Part shown: positions 36,038 to 46,143 of the stretch, piece after piece
Numbering within the stretch: position 1 is the stretch's first letter
Layout: each line of letters opens with the position of its first letter
Source: Pseudomonadota bacterium
GTDB taxonomy: Bacteria > Pseudomonadota > Alphaproteobacteria > Reyranellales > Reyranellaceae
NCBI GenBank assembly: GCA_020160995.1
Contig: JAIUOY010000078.1
Span: 2,151 to 66,150 of the forward strand
Direction: 5' to 3'
Length of the DNA stretch: 64,000 bases
Made by a program: the position numbers and the translations under genes
Notes under the pieces: model-generated
Seen by the model: the letters and a program-made list of their open reading frames with translations, nothing else
What the model was told of the DNA's origin: nothing
Databases searched by the model: none

Positions 36038-39000
36038 TCAGTATCCCCGTGCGGTCCAGCTCACCTGGCCCGAAAGGCGGTTGCCGGCGGCGTCGAACAA
36101 CAGAATCTTGAAGCTTGTCGGATAGGGCACGCCGGCGAAGTCGTAGATCGCGTAGCGCGCCGCGGTGCCCACGGGCGTCGTCTGGATCGAACTCACCGAG
36201 GTGAACGGCGTGGTGAAGAGGACGGTCGTGCCACCGCTGTCGCCGGCGCCGGCCGAGACCATCCCGGCATCCGTCTTGGTCTTGGAGGCAAGCTTCACCG
36301 ACATCCCGCCGATCGCGCACACCGCGCCGGTGCTGGCAAAGCCCAGGGTCACGCGCAGATGGCGGAAATTCGCCACGTATTGCTGCGAGCCGGTGCCGAC
36401 CATGGTCCAGGTCAGCCCGTCGAGGCTGCTTTCGAGCGTCGTGGTCATGGCCACCGCGCCGGAGACGTCGGCCTTGCTGACATTGATCGTCACCAGCGTG
36501 GCGTCGACCGTCGAGCCGTAGTCGAAGGTCTCGGCGTAGGAGGCGGTGCCCGGGCCGGGATCGAGCCAGTCGAGGTAGCCGGCGTCGATCTGGTCCTGCG
36601 GCTGGTCCCAGCCGCGGTTCGTGAAGTGCGTCAGCCAGGTCTCGCCGGTATGGGTCGGGCCGTAGAGCACGCCGCCCTGCAGGGTCATGTTGACCTTGGT
36701 GCCCGCAAAGATCGACGGCCATTCGACGCGCAGCAGATAATCCGGCGGCTGGTTGACCACCGCCGTCACCGACGTCGGCACGCCTTCGTTGCCGCCGCTG
36801 TCGACCGCCGCCACCCAGTAGGTGTAGGTGCCGGCCGCGCTCTCGAACACGCTGGTGAAGGTGCCGGACTTGTCGCCGATCAGTGTGCCGGTCGACCACG
36901 CCCCGCCCTTCTTCACCACGTAGCGGTCGATGGGCAGCGCCGAGGTCGCGCTGCCCCACTTCAGCAGCACGTTGTTGTCGATCACCTGCGCGGCGAGGCC
37001 GGAAACGGCGGTCGGCGCGGCGACGTTGAGCGTGGCCGAGCCCGCGCCGCCGTAATTGCCCGCCTTGTCGATGGCCGCGACCCAGAAGGTGCGGCCGCCG
37101 CCCCAGCGCACCGGCGAGGTGAAGGTGGTGCCCTTGACGCGCGAGACGAACGCGCCGCTCGCCCAGTCGCCGCCCTGGCGGATTTCGTACTCCTCGACCT
37201 GGAAGGAGGCGGCGCCGCCGGTCCAGGCGATCTTGTAGAGGTCGGACTCCAGCGCGACCGAGACCGAGGGTGTCGGCGGTGCGGCGACCACCACGTCGAG
37301 GCTTGCCGGCACGGGGCTGTAGATGCCCTGCGGCCGCGTTACGGCGGCGACCCAGTAGGTGTGCGTGCCCGCCCCGACGCCCTTCTCGGTATAGCGCAGC
37401 TCGCGCGGCGTGCCGACCTTGGTGGCGTCGGCCCAGCTCGCGCCGCGCCGCACTTCGTAGTAGTCGACGTTGAGGTCCTCCACCGCGTCCCATTTGATGG
37501 CGACGCCGTCGGGATCGTAGACGGGCTGCAGGCCGGTGACGTTGCTGGGCGGCACCGCGGTGGTGAGCGTGATGTCGGGCGCTACCATCCACGCGCTGGT
37601 CTTGCCGTTCAGCGCCTTGGCCCGCACGCGGAAAGCGTAGACGCCTTCCTGGCTGTCCTGATACTCGATGCTGGTCATCGAGGTCGTGCCGACGGTCTGG
37701 TAGTCGATGTCCTGCGGCCCCTTGACCTGCACCTCGTAGGCATAGACGCGGCCGTCGTCCGACTTCTCCCACGACAGGATCGCCGCCGCGCGCACCGCCG
37801 AGCCCACCCGATAGAGGCGCATCATGGAGGATGGCCCGGTCGGCGCCACGATCGGCCCGGTCGGCGTCACATTGTAGGGCGGCGGCGGGACGACGAGCCC
37901 CTTCTCGACGCGATCGAACTTGGCGGGGTCGTGGAACACGCCCATCGCCTCGAAGGTCGCCGGCCCGACCTCGATGTTGGAGACCAGCAGGAACTGCCGC
38001 GCCTCCAGCGACGTCGAGGTGATGGCCCACACCGCGCCGGCCAGCGGCACCTCGTGCAGCGGCGTCGACCAGGTGAAGGTCGCCGTCTCGCCCGCCGCGT
38101 TGGTCAGCGTGCGCTTCTGCAGGGTGCCGTCGGGCATGGTGATGTGCAGCGTGTAGCTGAACGCCGCCAGCACCGCGTAAGCCTGGTCGACCGTCACGCT
38201 GTCCGGCGTGGCCGAGACGATGCGGCCGCCGAAGATCTGCTGGGCATAGTTCTCGTCGGCGATCGACACGATGTCGCCGGGGAACTTGTCGGCCAGTTCG
38301 AGGCCGGAGCGGAAATGCACCGTCTCGGTCGCCGTGCGCTCGGTGTCGAGCACCCACTTGCCGGTGCGGATCGCCTGCCCTCGATTTGTGCAGCCATAGG
38401 CCACGATGTCGATCTGGCGCACGCCGTAGAGCGCCACGCCCTCGGGATCGTCGACCCATTCGACGGCGGGACGATAGGCGTCGGCCGGATCGTTCCACAC
38501 GACCTTGGCCGTGGTGTGCCGCGCCTTGAGCGAGGTGCCCTCGTACTTGAACTCGCCGCCCAGCACGTTGGCGTTGGTGAACAGCGCCACCGGCGACTTG
38601 GGCATGTCGGCGGTTGCCCGCACCGCGCCGGACGACCAGAACGGCATGCCGCGGAAGATCGACGCCATCGTGTTGACGACGGCATAGGCTTCCTGCCGGC
38701 TGTTCAGCAGCATGTTGCAGGTGTAGCGCGGCTCCTTGCCCCCGGCGCCGTCGTCGACGCCGAGATAGGCGCCGCTCTCGTCGACCGCGTCGCAATACTG
38801 GCCGATGGTGTAGAGGTCCCACTTCCAGGGATTGACCGCCGCCGGATCGAGGCCGAGCCCGTAGCGCGTGTTGGTCAGCAGGTCGTAGAAGCACCAGGCG
38901 GGATTGTCGGACCAGTCGGTCTTGAAGGTGCCGTTCCAGTCGCCGGTATAGCTGCGGGTGAGCGGATCGTAGTTCGACGGGATCTTGATCAGCAGGCCCT

Positions 39001-39805
39001 TGACGTCGTAGGAGCGCGCCGGCGCGGATCCCGAGAACTGCGCGGTGTCGATCTGCATGCCGCAATAGGCGACGTTGGGATGGGCGAGCTTGCCGTCGAC
39101 CACTTCGGTGATCGAGGTCCAGAAGAGTTTGTCCTTGAACCATTCCTCCGGGTCGTCGTCGTTCTCGCGCTGGATCTTGATGTCCCACGGCGCGCCGCCG
39201 GCCGGCAGCGCCACGCGATAGTCGCGCTGGTAGGTCGAGGTCGTCTTGCCGTGGAAGCCGACATAGTGCGTCTGCACGAAGGCGCCGCCGTGCGCCTTGA
39301 CGGAGATGAAGAAGTTCGACGTGTAGGGGTTGATGTCGCCCGTCTCGTTGTTCTGCATGTAGAGCGCGGGCGTCGAGATCTTGACGATGACGGCGTTGGC
39401 CTGCGGATTGGAAACGGTGCGCGTGACGCCGCCGTTGGACTTGCGGATCTCCAGCCCCTGCCCACCGCCCAGCGACACCGTGTTGCGGCTCGACGGGAAG
39501 CCCGCCATGTAGGTCTGGACGCCGAAGGGCGCGCCGTAGCGCGTATCCCAGGCGACGCCGGTGAAGTTGAAGGTGCCGTCGGCGTTCATGAGCGGCGTGT
39601 CGTCGAAGAAGATCGACTGGTCCTCGGCGACCAGACCCTTGATCGGCCCTTCGCACCAGAGATCGAGGAAGCGCGCGATGGAGCGCGACTGCAGGGAATT
39701 GGGCGCCTCGACGGGCGTGCGCCCCACCGGCTCCGACGCCGCCCCGCCCTTGCCGCCGCTGCCGCCGCGCCCGAAGACGGTGTGGCTCGGGTTGATGGAC
39801 CTCAC
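36038..39805 (-). CDS. Tail tip / host-specificity protein (lambda J-like) with FN3-type domains
   Basis: DLWCEGPIKGL; WSDNPAWCFYDLL; EPRYTCN; GCTNRGQAIRTGKW; GTG start after AAGGAGG. Confidence 0.95.
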   Translation of the reverse strand: MRSINPSHTVFGRGGSGGKGGAASEPVGRTPVEAPNSLQSRSIARFLDLWCEGPIKGLVAEDQSIFFDDTPLMNADGTFNFTGVAWDTRYGAPFGVQTYMAGFPSSRNTVSLGGGQGLEIRKSNGGVTRTVSNPQANAVIVKISTPALYMQNNETGDINPYTSNFFISVKAHGGAFVQTHYVGFHGKTTSTYQRDYRVALPAGGAPWDIKIQRENDDDPEEWFKDKLFWTSITEVVDGKLAHPNVAYCGMQIDTAQFSGSAPARSYDVKGLLIKIPSNYDPLTRSYTGDWNGTFKTDWSDNPAWCFYDLLTNTRYGLGLDPAAVNPWKWDLYTIGQYCDAVDESGAYLGVDDGAGGKEPRYTCNMLLNSRQEAYAVVNTMASIFRGMPFWSSGAVRATADMPKSPVALFTNANVLGGEFKYEGTSLKARHTTAKVVWNDPADAYRPAVEWVDDPEGVALYGVRQIDIVAYGCTNRGQAIRTGKWVLDTERTATETVHFRSGLELADKFPGDIVSIADENYAQQIFGGRIVSATPDSVTVDQAYAVLAAFSYTLHITMPDGTLQKRTLTNAAGETATFTWSTPLHEVPLAGAVWAITSTSLEARQFLLVSNIEVGPATFEAMGVFHDPAKFDRVEKGLVVPPPPYNVTPTGPIVAPTGPSSMMRLYRVGSAVRAAAILSWEKSDDGRVYAYEVQVKGPQDIDYQTVGTTSMTSIEYQDSQEGVYAFRVRAKALNGKTSAWMVAPDITLTTAVPPSNVTGLQPVYDPDGVAIKWDAVEDLNVDYYEVRRGASWADATKVGTPRELRYTEKGVGAGTHTYWVAAVTRPQGIYSPVPASLDVVVAAPPTPSVSVALESDLYKIAWTGGAASFQVEEYEIRQGGDWASGAFVSRVKGTTFTSPVRWGGGRTFWVAAIDKAGNYGGAGSATLNVAAPTAVSGLAAQVIDNNVLLKWGSATSALPIDRYVVKKGGAWSTGTLIGDKSGTFTSVFESAAGTYTYWVAAVDSGGNEGVPTSVTAVVNQPPDYLLRVEWPSIFAGTKVNMTLQGGVLYGPTHTGETWLTHFTNRGWDQPQDQIDAGYLDWLDPGPGTASYAETFDYGSTVDATLVTINVSKADVSGAVAMTTTLESSLDGLTWTMVGTGSQQYVANFRHLRVTLGFASTGAVCAIGGMSVKLASKTKTDAGMVSAGAGDSGGTTVLFTTPFTSVSSIQTTPVGTAARYAIYDFAGVPYPTSFKILLFDAAGNRLSGQVSWTARGY

Positions 39806-39828
39806 AATGCGCCTCCTTCGACGACCAT

Positions 39829-39958
39829 CCTCATCCTGAGGAGGCGCAACGCGCCGTCTCGAAGGATGGGCAACAGGCACGGTGCGCGTTCCCATCCTTC
39901 GAGACGCTCGCTCGGCGCGGCGTATCCTCCGCGCTCTCGATCGCTCCTCAGGATGAGG
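39829..39958. repeat. Palindromic repeat family A, inverted pair
   Basis: Copies at 39829-39870 and 39891-39958. Confidence 0.85.
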
Positions 39959-40216
39959 CTTTGGCTGTCCACAGCTCGGCTCCCGCATAGGCCTCAACAG
40001 CCGACAGCGTAGCGGCGGCGGGTGCTGGATGAGGCCGATGCGGCCGCGGTGGCTCTGAATCGGACCACCAGGCTCCGGACATCTGGCGAACCGGCGCGGG
40101 GGCCGGGGCGGCGCCGTCGCTTCCGTCTCGACTGCGGTGAAGAGGGCCGGAAAGGCAGCGGCCCCTCCCGACGGGAGGCGGCCGGGGTCGCTCCGGGCGG
40201 GACGGTCGCGGGCCGA

Positions 40217-40939
40217 CTACTCTTTCGCCGGGCGTCGCTTGGCCTCCACACGCCTTTCGATGTCGCGATGGTCTCTGCCCAGGATACGAATCGGACCGGC
40301 CGGCCGCACCGCCGTCGCCTCGCCCTCTCCCTCCAGGGCAACGGTGATGTTCGTGGCGCTGGCCAGAGCGAAGACCACGCTGCTGCCGCTTTCCATCGCG
40401 ACAGCGTCCGGACTGAAGCCCTTCTCCTCGACAGCGACCGTCCGTGCCTCCGACTCGAATTTCTCCCCGGCCTTAGCCCGTCCGACGTCTATCCGGCCGA
40501 CCAGACCGTTCCTTCCAGCGTGCATCTTGTAGCGGCCCGGCCGGATCAGGGTAACGGCATACATGTCGCCCGACTGGAGCCGCCTGCTGTCGAAGGCCAG
40601 TTCGCCATTCCCCCGCAGCACGACCTGAAAGCCGCGACTGCCCTTGCTAGCATAGAAGACCGCATACCCAACCTGCTCCTTTGCGGTGGTAGCGCGATAC
40701 TTGCGGGGTAGGCCGTTAGCGTTGGGGCCGGCAATCACGTTCAGATCGATCTGCACCGAGGACGGTTCGGCGTCTTCCGTCACAGTGATCCCGAAAGTTC
40801 CGACGACGGCCTTGCCGTAGTGAACCTCGCCCTCGTATTCTCCGACCGTCAACGGATGAATGATCGAGGCCAGCACACCGAGCGCGTCGGACTCGAAAAC
40901 CGTGGCCCGCAGCATGGCGGTGTTGACGAGTGTGCTCAT
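40217..40939 (-). CDS. Hypothetical all-beta protein with cupredoxin-like segments
   Basis: FDSRRLQSGDMYAVTLIRPGRY and GFSPDAVAMESGSSVVF resemble cupredoxin strands in permuted order, without Cu ligands. Confidence 0.6.
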   Translation of the reverse strand: MSTLVNTAMLRATVFESDALGVLASIIHPLTVGEYEGEVHYGKAVVGTFGITVTEDAEPSSVQIDLNVIAGPNANGLPRKYRATTAKEQVGYAVFYASKGSRGFQVVLRGNGELAFDSRRLQSGDMYAVTLIRPGRYKMHAGRNGLVGRIDVGRAKAGEKFESEARTVAVEEKGFSPDAVAMESGSSVVFALASATNITVALEGEGEATAVRPAGPIRILGRDHRDIERRVEAKRRPAKE

Positions 40940-40940
40940 G

Positions 40941-41867
40941 TCAGACTCCGATTGAAGCCGAAATCGTGAGCTCCGGATCTGTCACGACGACTTTGGGATC
41001 GACCACAGGCACCAGGACAGGCACCAGGACGGGGCCGCCGGACATAGCCTCGGCCGGCATGATCGGATAGGGATTCTCCAGCTCGAAGATCGGCGTCTTC
41101 TTGGCAAAGTGCTGCAGGACCAGCTGAACGGCCAGATCAAATAGGCCGATGGAAATGCCGAGAAGGTTGGACAGCCATTCCTCAATATCGTCGCCAATAT
41201 CGAGAATGTCCCGGATCAGATCGGCGAAGCTGCCAAGAATTGCCTCCACCAGGTCCTGCGCCCAGTCGGGCAACCAGCCGAGGATCGTATCGACGACCGC
41301 TGCGATCAACTTGTCGAGCAGGGCGCCGACGGTGTCAGCAATGTCGATGAGATCGATGTCCAGCCAGCCCGGATTGAGAAAGAACCGCCATTTGTCCGGC
41401 ACGCCCTGCGCATGCGCCTGCCAGACGCTCATGCCGGCATTGCCGGGGTCGTCGAAATGCTCGGTGCGTATGCCGCAGGTTCCGGAAATCTCTGACCGGA
41501 TGAGCCCGCTCAGATCGAGGGGCACCTTGAGATCGGGATCGGCCTCGAAGAAGCAGTATCGCGGCAGGCGGATGATGCACCCGAACGGACTGGGCAGGAT
41601 GCAGTTTCCACCGACGCATACCTTGGGAATGTTGAGCCCCGGCGTGACGACCAAGGGATCGTAAACAATGTCGAGTTCCTTGAGGAGCACGGTGTTGTTG
41701 CTCTGAAAGTCGATGCGGCCCTTCTCCAAGCGAATCCCGACCGTCCAGTCGATGGAGAAGTGGACGAGATCGACCGAGCCGCTCGCCTGCTCGCGGAGCT
41801 TGCCGCGCAGAACTCGAAACACCTGCTGTACGGTGCTTTCGGACAACGCGATCTCAACGTCGGCCAT
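40941..41867 (-). CDS. Hypothetical protein, possible BPI/TULIP-like tubular fold
   Basis: IALSESTVQQ N-terminus, long amphipathic strands, Cys cluster, acidic helix, final LTISASI strand. Confidence 0.6.
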   Translation of the reverse strand: MADVEIALSESTVQQVFRVLRGKLREQASGSVDLVHFSIDWTVGIRLEKGRIDFQSNNTVLLKELDIVYDPLVVTPGLNIPKVCVGGNCILPSPFGCIIRLPRYCFFEADPDLKVPLDLSGLIRSEISGTCGIRTEHFDDPGNAGMSVWQAHAQGVPDKWRFFLNPGWLDIDLIDIADTVGALLDKLIAAVVDTILGWLPDWAQDLVEAILGSFADLIRDILDIGDDIEEWLSNLLGISIGLFDLAVQLVLQHFAKKTPIFELENPYPIMPAEAMSGGPVLVPVLVPVVDPKVVVTDPELTISASIGV

Positions 41868-41878
41868 GGCACGCCCCC

Positions 41879-42745
41879 CTAGGAAGCTACGGCGTCGATG
41901 AATACCGCCACCCGGTCGTTGGCGATGCTCGGATTGAACGGGACGTTGCCGGATGTGGGCGTCAGCCCCACGACCAGCTGTCCGAACTTGCCCAACCCGA
42001 AGATGAGGTCGTCGACCGCCACCTTCAGCCGGGGCAATAGGCTCAGCCGAACCGTCGCTTCGATAAGGCACTCCAGGATGGCTTCGAGCCCCTCGGGCCT
42101 GATGTCGACCAGTTCGAGGCCATCGAGGGCGAGGCTGAGGCGCTTGCCGAACGCGTCGTCCTTCACCGCGACGGTGCCGGTTGCAAACAGCGACAGGCAG
42201 AAGCACTTGATGTTTTCGCGATGCACGGGCAACGGCCGGGCCCGGGGCGGCGGCCGATCGTCCTCCGGACGAAACTTGTCGAAGGCGCCCAAGGTATCGC
42301 GAGGGTCTGCCGGGCGGACCGTGCCTTCGACGATCTCCGCGATCTTGTCGAGATACTCCTTGCCGGGACAGGCCAGGCCCAGGCAGACCTCTATCTTCAG
42401 GGCGAACTGTTGCGGCCTGAGCGGGTCAAGCTCCCGAGGCAGCGTAAACTGACTGCCAGGATGGAAGTCGATGCGCAGATCCGCCAGTTGGGCGCAGTAT
42501 TCGAACCCCCAGGTCCCGCCGGTTCCCGGAACTGGCAGGAGCGGTTGAAGGGCCACTCTGGGCTGACTTATCGGCAGACCCGGCGCGACCTCGACCACCT
42601 CGCAAAGCAGCTCCGGCTCCCCGACAAACGCCGCCGTTCCATAGTTGAACAGCGAGGGCCGTTGCCGGCGCACGTTCAGGATCAGCTTGTTGAAGGCGCC
42701 TTCCGAGACAGAAGTATGAATACTGCAGAAGTCTGTCGCAGCCAT
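41879..42745 (-). CDS. Hypothetical Cys-rich protein, possible BPI/TULIP-like fold
   Basis: SVSEGAFNKLI N-terminus; LELVDI..EGLEAILECL; final RVAVFI strand. Confidence 0.6.
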   Translation of the reverse strand: MAATDFCSIHTSVSEGAFNKLILNVRRQRPSLFNYGTAAFVGEPELLCEVVEVAPGLPISQPRVALQPLLPVPGTGGTWGFEYCAQLADLRIDFHPGSQFTLPRELDPLRPQQFALKIEVCLGLACPGKEYLDKIAEIVEGTVRPADPRDTLGAFDKFRPEDDRPPPRARPLPVHRENIKCFCLSLFATGTVAVKDDAFGKRLSLALDGLELVDIRPEGLEAILECLIEATVRLSLLPRLKVAVDDLIFGLGKFGQLVVGLTPTSGNVPFNPSIANDRVAVFIDAVAS

Positions 42746-43001
42746 GAGGCAATCCCCGATTGCGCGATGTCCTTTTGCACTCTCTACTTTTACGAGTACC
42801 TGGACTCATAGTATTGTCGCACATGCCGCGCAAGCCAAAACAGGTTCTCCGTGTGGCACAGGATTGGACCACCCCCTTAAGGGGTAGGCGACCTCCTCGC
42901 CTGAACACATGCACGTGAAATAGGCATACGCCAGAACAACCTTGAATCGCCGGTACTCGTTCACGAGAATTTCCGGACGCTACAACTTTGGGGCATGTCC
43001 G

Positions 43002-43847
43002 GTGGCGAAGGACAACCAGGCGGGGGACAAACCACAGACGACCATACTGGCCGAGCGCGCCTGCAAGGTCGGCGGCGGCGTCTGCGCGGCCAGCATCGGC
43101 AGCGCCCAGACCCAGCTTCAGGACTGGACCTGGCTGTTCATGGCGTCGGGGACCATCGGCGCGGCCGCCTTCTGCGCCGGCGGCCTGTTCATGATCTTCG
43201 ACGGCCACAGGGCCATCCGAAGCTCCAGCAAGCGGAAGGAGGTCGTCCGCCGCGGCGTGCAGCTCGCCGGCATCACGGGCGTGCTGGCCATCGTCGGTTA
43301 TTTCGTGGCCGACAATTTCGAGCCGCTGGGACGCATCTTCGGCCGCGCCCGGCCGGCGGTGGAAGCCAGCCGGCCCGCGACCAACGATCCGCCGGAAAGC
43401 AGGGCAAACTCCGTCGAGGCGCCCTCGCCTCCAACCTCGCCTTCGCCCCCGGCTCAGGCCCAAGCCCAAGCCCAAGCCCAGCAACCGACCTCGGGCACGA
43501 ACACCGCCGCGCTGGCGCCCCCGGCTTCGGCATCGACGCCGGTTCCTGCGCCGGTTCCTGCGCCTGCCCCTGCTCCGGCCCAGGCCAGTCCGCCGCCGTC
43601 GGAAATCGTCTCGCTGTACGGCACCACGCCGCGGGCGCTGTGCGGGCAGGCCGACATGAGCGCGCGGCGCAGCAGCTCGCTCCGGCCCGCGCCCGCCGGC
43701 TGGATTCTCTACAGCACCGACTATTTCTCCGGCTTCAAGGAACAGCCGCTGGCGTTCGGCGAGCCCGTCAGCATCGGCAACTGCACGCTCGTGCTGGAAG
43801 GCATCGATCCGGACCTGCCGCGGCTGGACTTCAGGATCGTCAGATGA
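43002..43847 (+). CDS. Membrane-anchored protein with Pro/Ala-rich linker
   Basis: Two hydrophobic segments, PA/QA-rich stalk, small C-terminal beta domain; start uncertain (43002 or 43140). Confidence 0.6.
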   Translation: MAKDNQAGDKPQTTILAERACKVGGGVCAASIGSAQTQLQDWTWLFMASGTIGAAAFCAGGLFMIFDGHRAIRSSSKRKEVVRRGVQLAGITGVLAIVGYFVADNFEPLGRIFGRARPAVEASRPATNDPPESRANSVEAPSPPTSPSPPAQAQAQAQAQQPTSGTNTAALAPPASASTPVPAPVPAPAPAPAQASPPPSEIVSLYGTTPRALCGQADMSARRSSSLRPAPAGWILYSTDYFSGFKEQPLAFGEPVSIGNCTLVLEGIDPDLPRLDFRIVR

Positions 43848-43858
43848 GGGGGCGCGGC

Positions 43859-44470
43859 ATGGCAAACAGGATCTTGACCGGCATGGTCGGAGGCGTTCTC
43901 GCGGCCGTCGCCGCCGCCGGCACGGCATCCGCCTGCGAGAAGCTCGTCGACATGCCGCCGCCGCGCATCGAGGAGATGATGGAGGTGCTGAAGGACGGCG
44001 GCGGCGGCAGCGAGCTGAAGCAGCTCCTCGCCTTCGAGGAGCTGGCCTGTTCGAGCCGGCCCGCCGTCCGCAAGTTCGCGCTCGATACCGGCCTCGCCTC
44101 CAAGAGCAAGCCGCTGCGCAGCCAGTCCTTCGCCGCGCTGCTGATGCAACGCGACCAGATCCGCCTGGACCTGCTCGAAGAACTGAAGGGCGACCGCACG
44201 ATGGAGATGTGGCTGCGCAACAATGGCCGCAGCCTCGCCTACCCGTTCCACAACAGGGACGCGGCGCAGAACTGCATCTCGCTTTCGGCCAGCTACAAGT
44301 GCCCCGGCCCGCAGATGATCGCCATCGACGGGCTGAACATCCGCATCGTCGACCCGCAGCGCCACCTCACCGGCACCTTCGCCCTCCAGCCCGACAATTC
44401 CCTGCGCGGCACCATCCTCGTCAAACGCGCGGGACGGCCCGTTGCGGCCAAGATCGAACTGGAGAAGTGA
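43859..44470 (+). CDS. Exported hypothetical protein
   Basis: Signal peptide ending TASA-C; Cys pairs; 11 nt after the previous gene. Confidence 0.65.
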   Translation: MANRILTGMVGGVLAAVAAAGTASACEKLVDMPPPRIEEMMEVLKDGGGGSELKQLLAFEELACSSRPAVRKFALDTGLASKSKPLRSQSFAALLMQRDQIRLDLLEELKGDRTMEMWLRNNGRSLAYPFHNRDAAQNCISLSASYKCPGPQMIAIDGLNIRIVDPQRHLTGTFALQPDNSLRGTILVKRAGRPVAAKIELEK

Positions 44471-44477
44471 ACGAGAG

Positions 44478-45236
44478 CTACAGCTTGCCGCCCGAGAAGG
44501 CGTGACGGACCGTTGTGGTGCCTGGCTTGACGGCGGTGACGGTGCCCTCGATCTGATCGGTCGAGACCGACGCCGACACCAGGGTCGAGCCGATGCGCAT
44601 GCGGCCATAGAGGATCGGGATCGGGCCGCCCTGCTCCGACGTGTTGACCGGACCGCCGTAGATGAAGCTGGTCCGCGCCTCGGGCCGCTCCATGTTGGTG
44701 TAAGCCGCCTGCGAGGCCTGCGGCGTCGGCGAGATGAGCTGCGAGACGCCGGTGAGCGCCGTCATCAGGCCGAGCGAGGCAATGTTGCCGTAGGTGATCG
44801 AACCAAGAATGGCGCCGGTGCCGATAGCGCTGCCAAAGGAAAATGTCGCTGCCCCAGCTCCAGATGTCGCGGCGGCGGCGGCCCCGCCGAGAAGACCGGC
44901 TGCACCGATGAATGCACCCGCGATCAAGACTGTGCCGAGGATGATCTTGCCGACCGTCTTGCCGGTGTCGCCGCCTGCGCCCATCGCTGCGGGCATGATG
45001 TGGATGTCGTGTTTGCCGAGCGTCATCGGCAGTTCGGCGAGATCGAGGTCGATGCCGCTGCGCCGCGTCGCTCCTTTGATGAAGGAATAGGCCGGCCCGC
45101 GGAAGAAATATTCCTTGAAGCCCGGCCGGATCGCCGACAGCGCCCAGACGGCTTCGGGCAGGGTGTCGACGTCGAGCCGGTGGCGATAGCCGAAGCGCCG
45201 GCCCAGCGCGCCATAGAGATAGACCTGGCGCATCAT
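44478..45236 (-). CDS. Tail assembly protein (lambda I-like)
   Basis: LYGALGRRFG...EAVWAL; NTSEQGGPIPILYGRMRIGS. Confidence 0.92.
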   Translation of the reverse strand: MMRQVYLYGALGRRFGYRHRLDVDTLPEAVWALSAIRPGFKEYFFRGPAYSFIKGATRRSGIDLDLAELPMTLGKHDIHIMPAAMGAGGDTGKTVGKIILGTVLIAGAFIGAAGLLGGAAAAATSGAGAATFSFGSAIGTGAILGSITYGNIASLGLMTALTGVSQLISPTPQASQAAYTNMERPEARTSFIYGGPVNTSEQGGPIPILYGRMRIGSTLVSASVSTDQIEGTVTAVKPGTTTVRHAFSGGKL

Positions 45237-45262
45237 GGGGCGAACTCCCGGCTCGCTTCCGC

Positions 45263-45355
45263 TGTCGTCCTGAGCGCAGCGAAGGACCTAAAGGCCGCGA
45301 GACAGTCTTGCTCTGGGTCAGCGCAATGAGATCCTTCGCTGCGCTCAGGATGACA
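45263..45355. repeat. Palindromic repeat family B between the K-like and I-like genes
   Basis: TGTCGTCCTGAGCGCAGCGAAGG...CCTTCGCTGCGCTCAGGATGACA. Confidence 0.88.
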
Positions 45356-45360
45356 ACGAA

Positions 45361-46143
45361 TCATTGCCCGCCCTCCGGTGCAACCGATTGCGCGGCGGGT
45401 TGGAGCGCAGAGGGCCGCAGCCGCATCGTCCTGGCGTGGTACTTCTGCTTCCACGGGCCCAGCACGTCCTTGCGCGAGAGGCGGTTGGTGAGGTGGTGCA
45501 GCACCAGCCCGTTGCCGACATAGATGCCGGTATGGTTGATCGTCGGCGCGCCGACCTGGAACAGCAGCACGTCGCCCGGCTGCAGCGGCTCGCTGTCGCC
45601 GAACGCGTCGAAGTCGAAGCGGTGGAGATTGTCCTCGATGACCCGCTGGCCCTTGTTCCACCAATCGGGATCGCGCGGCGTCAGCGGCAGGACGAGGCCG
45701 CGTTCCTGCCGGTACCAGTCGCGCACCAGCGCATAGCAGTCGGCGATGCCGTGACGGAACGGCCGCTGCTCGTAGGGCGCGACGGGCAGCATGTCGCCCC
45801 AGAAGAAGAGCTTGGGCCGGTGCACGGGATCGAGCACGACGATGCCCCACGGCACGTCGTCTTCGGCGGCCTGCGCCATGTCGGTCTTCGACGGGCCGTC
45901 GAGCCCGTGCGGATGGGAATGCACGATGGCGCGCAGCTCGCCCGACGCCCGCGCTTGCGCCATGAAGCCGGCGTCGATCTCGAAGGCCGTGCTCCGATCC
46001 TCGGCCACGTTCTCGCACGGGACGTAGCGGTCGCCGCCGTCTTTACCCAGCACGACGCCGCACGCCTCTTCCGGCGCGAGCGATTGGGCGTGCTCGACGA
46101 TGGCCTCGCGCACGGCGTTGGAAATATCGAACATCGGCAGCAT
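45361..46143 (-). CDS. Tail assembly protein (lambda K-like; JAB + NlpC/P60)
   Basis: PEEACG, HSHP..PS..D (JAB); DCYALVRDWY, NHTGIY, LHH (NlpC/P60); TGATG overlap with L. Confidence 0.93.
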   Translation of the reverse strand: MLPMFDISNAVREAIVEHAQSLAPEEACGVVLGKDGGDRYVPCENVAEDRSTAFEIDAGFMAQARASGELRAIVHSHPHGLDGPSKTDMAQAAEDDVPWGIVVLDPVHRPKLFFWGDMLPVAPYEQRPFRHGIADCYALVRDWYRQERGLVLPLTPRDPDWWNKGQRVIEDNLHRFDFDAFGDSEPLQPGDVLLFQVGAPTINHTGIYVGNGLVLHHLTNRLSRKDVLGPWKQKYHARTMRLRPSALQPAAQSVAPEGGQ

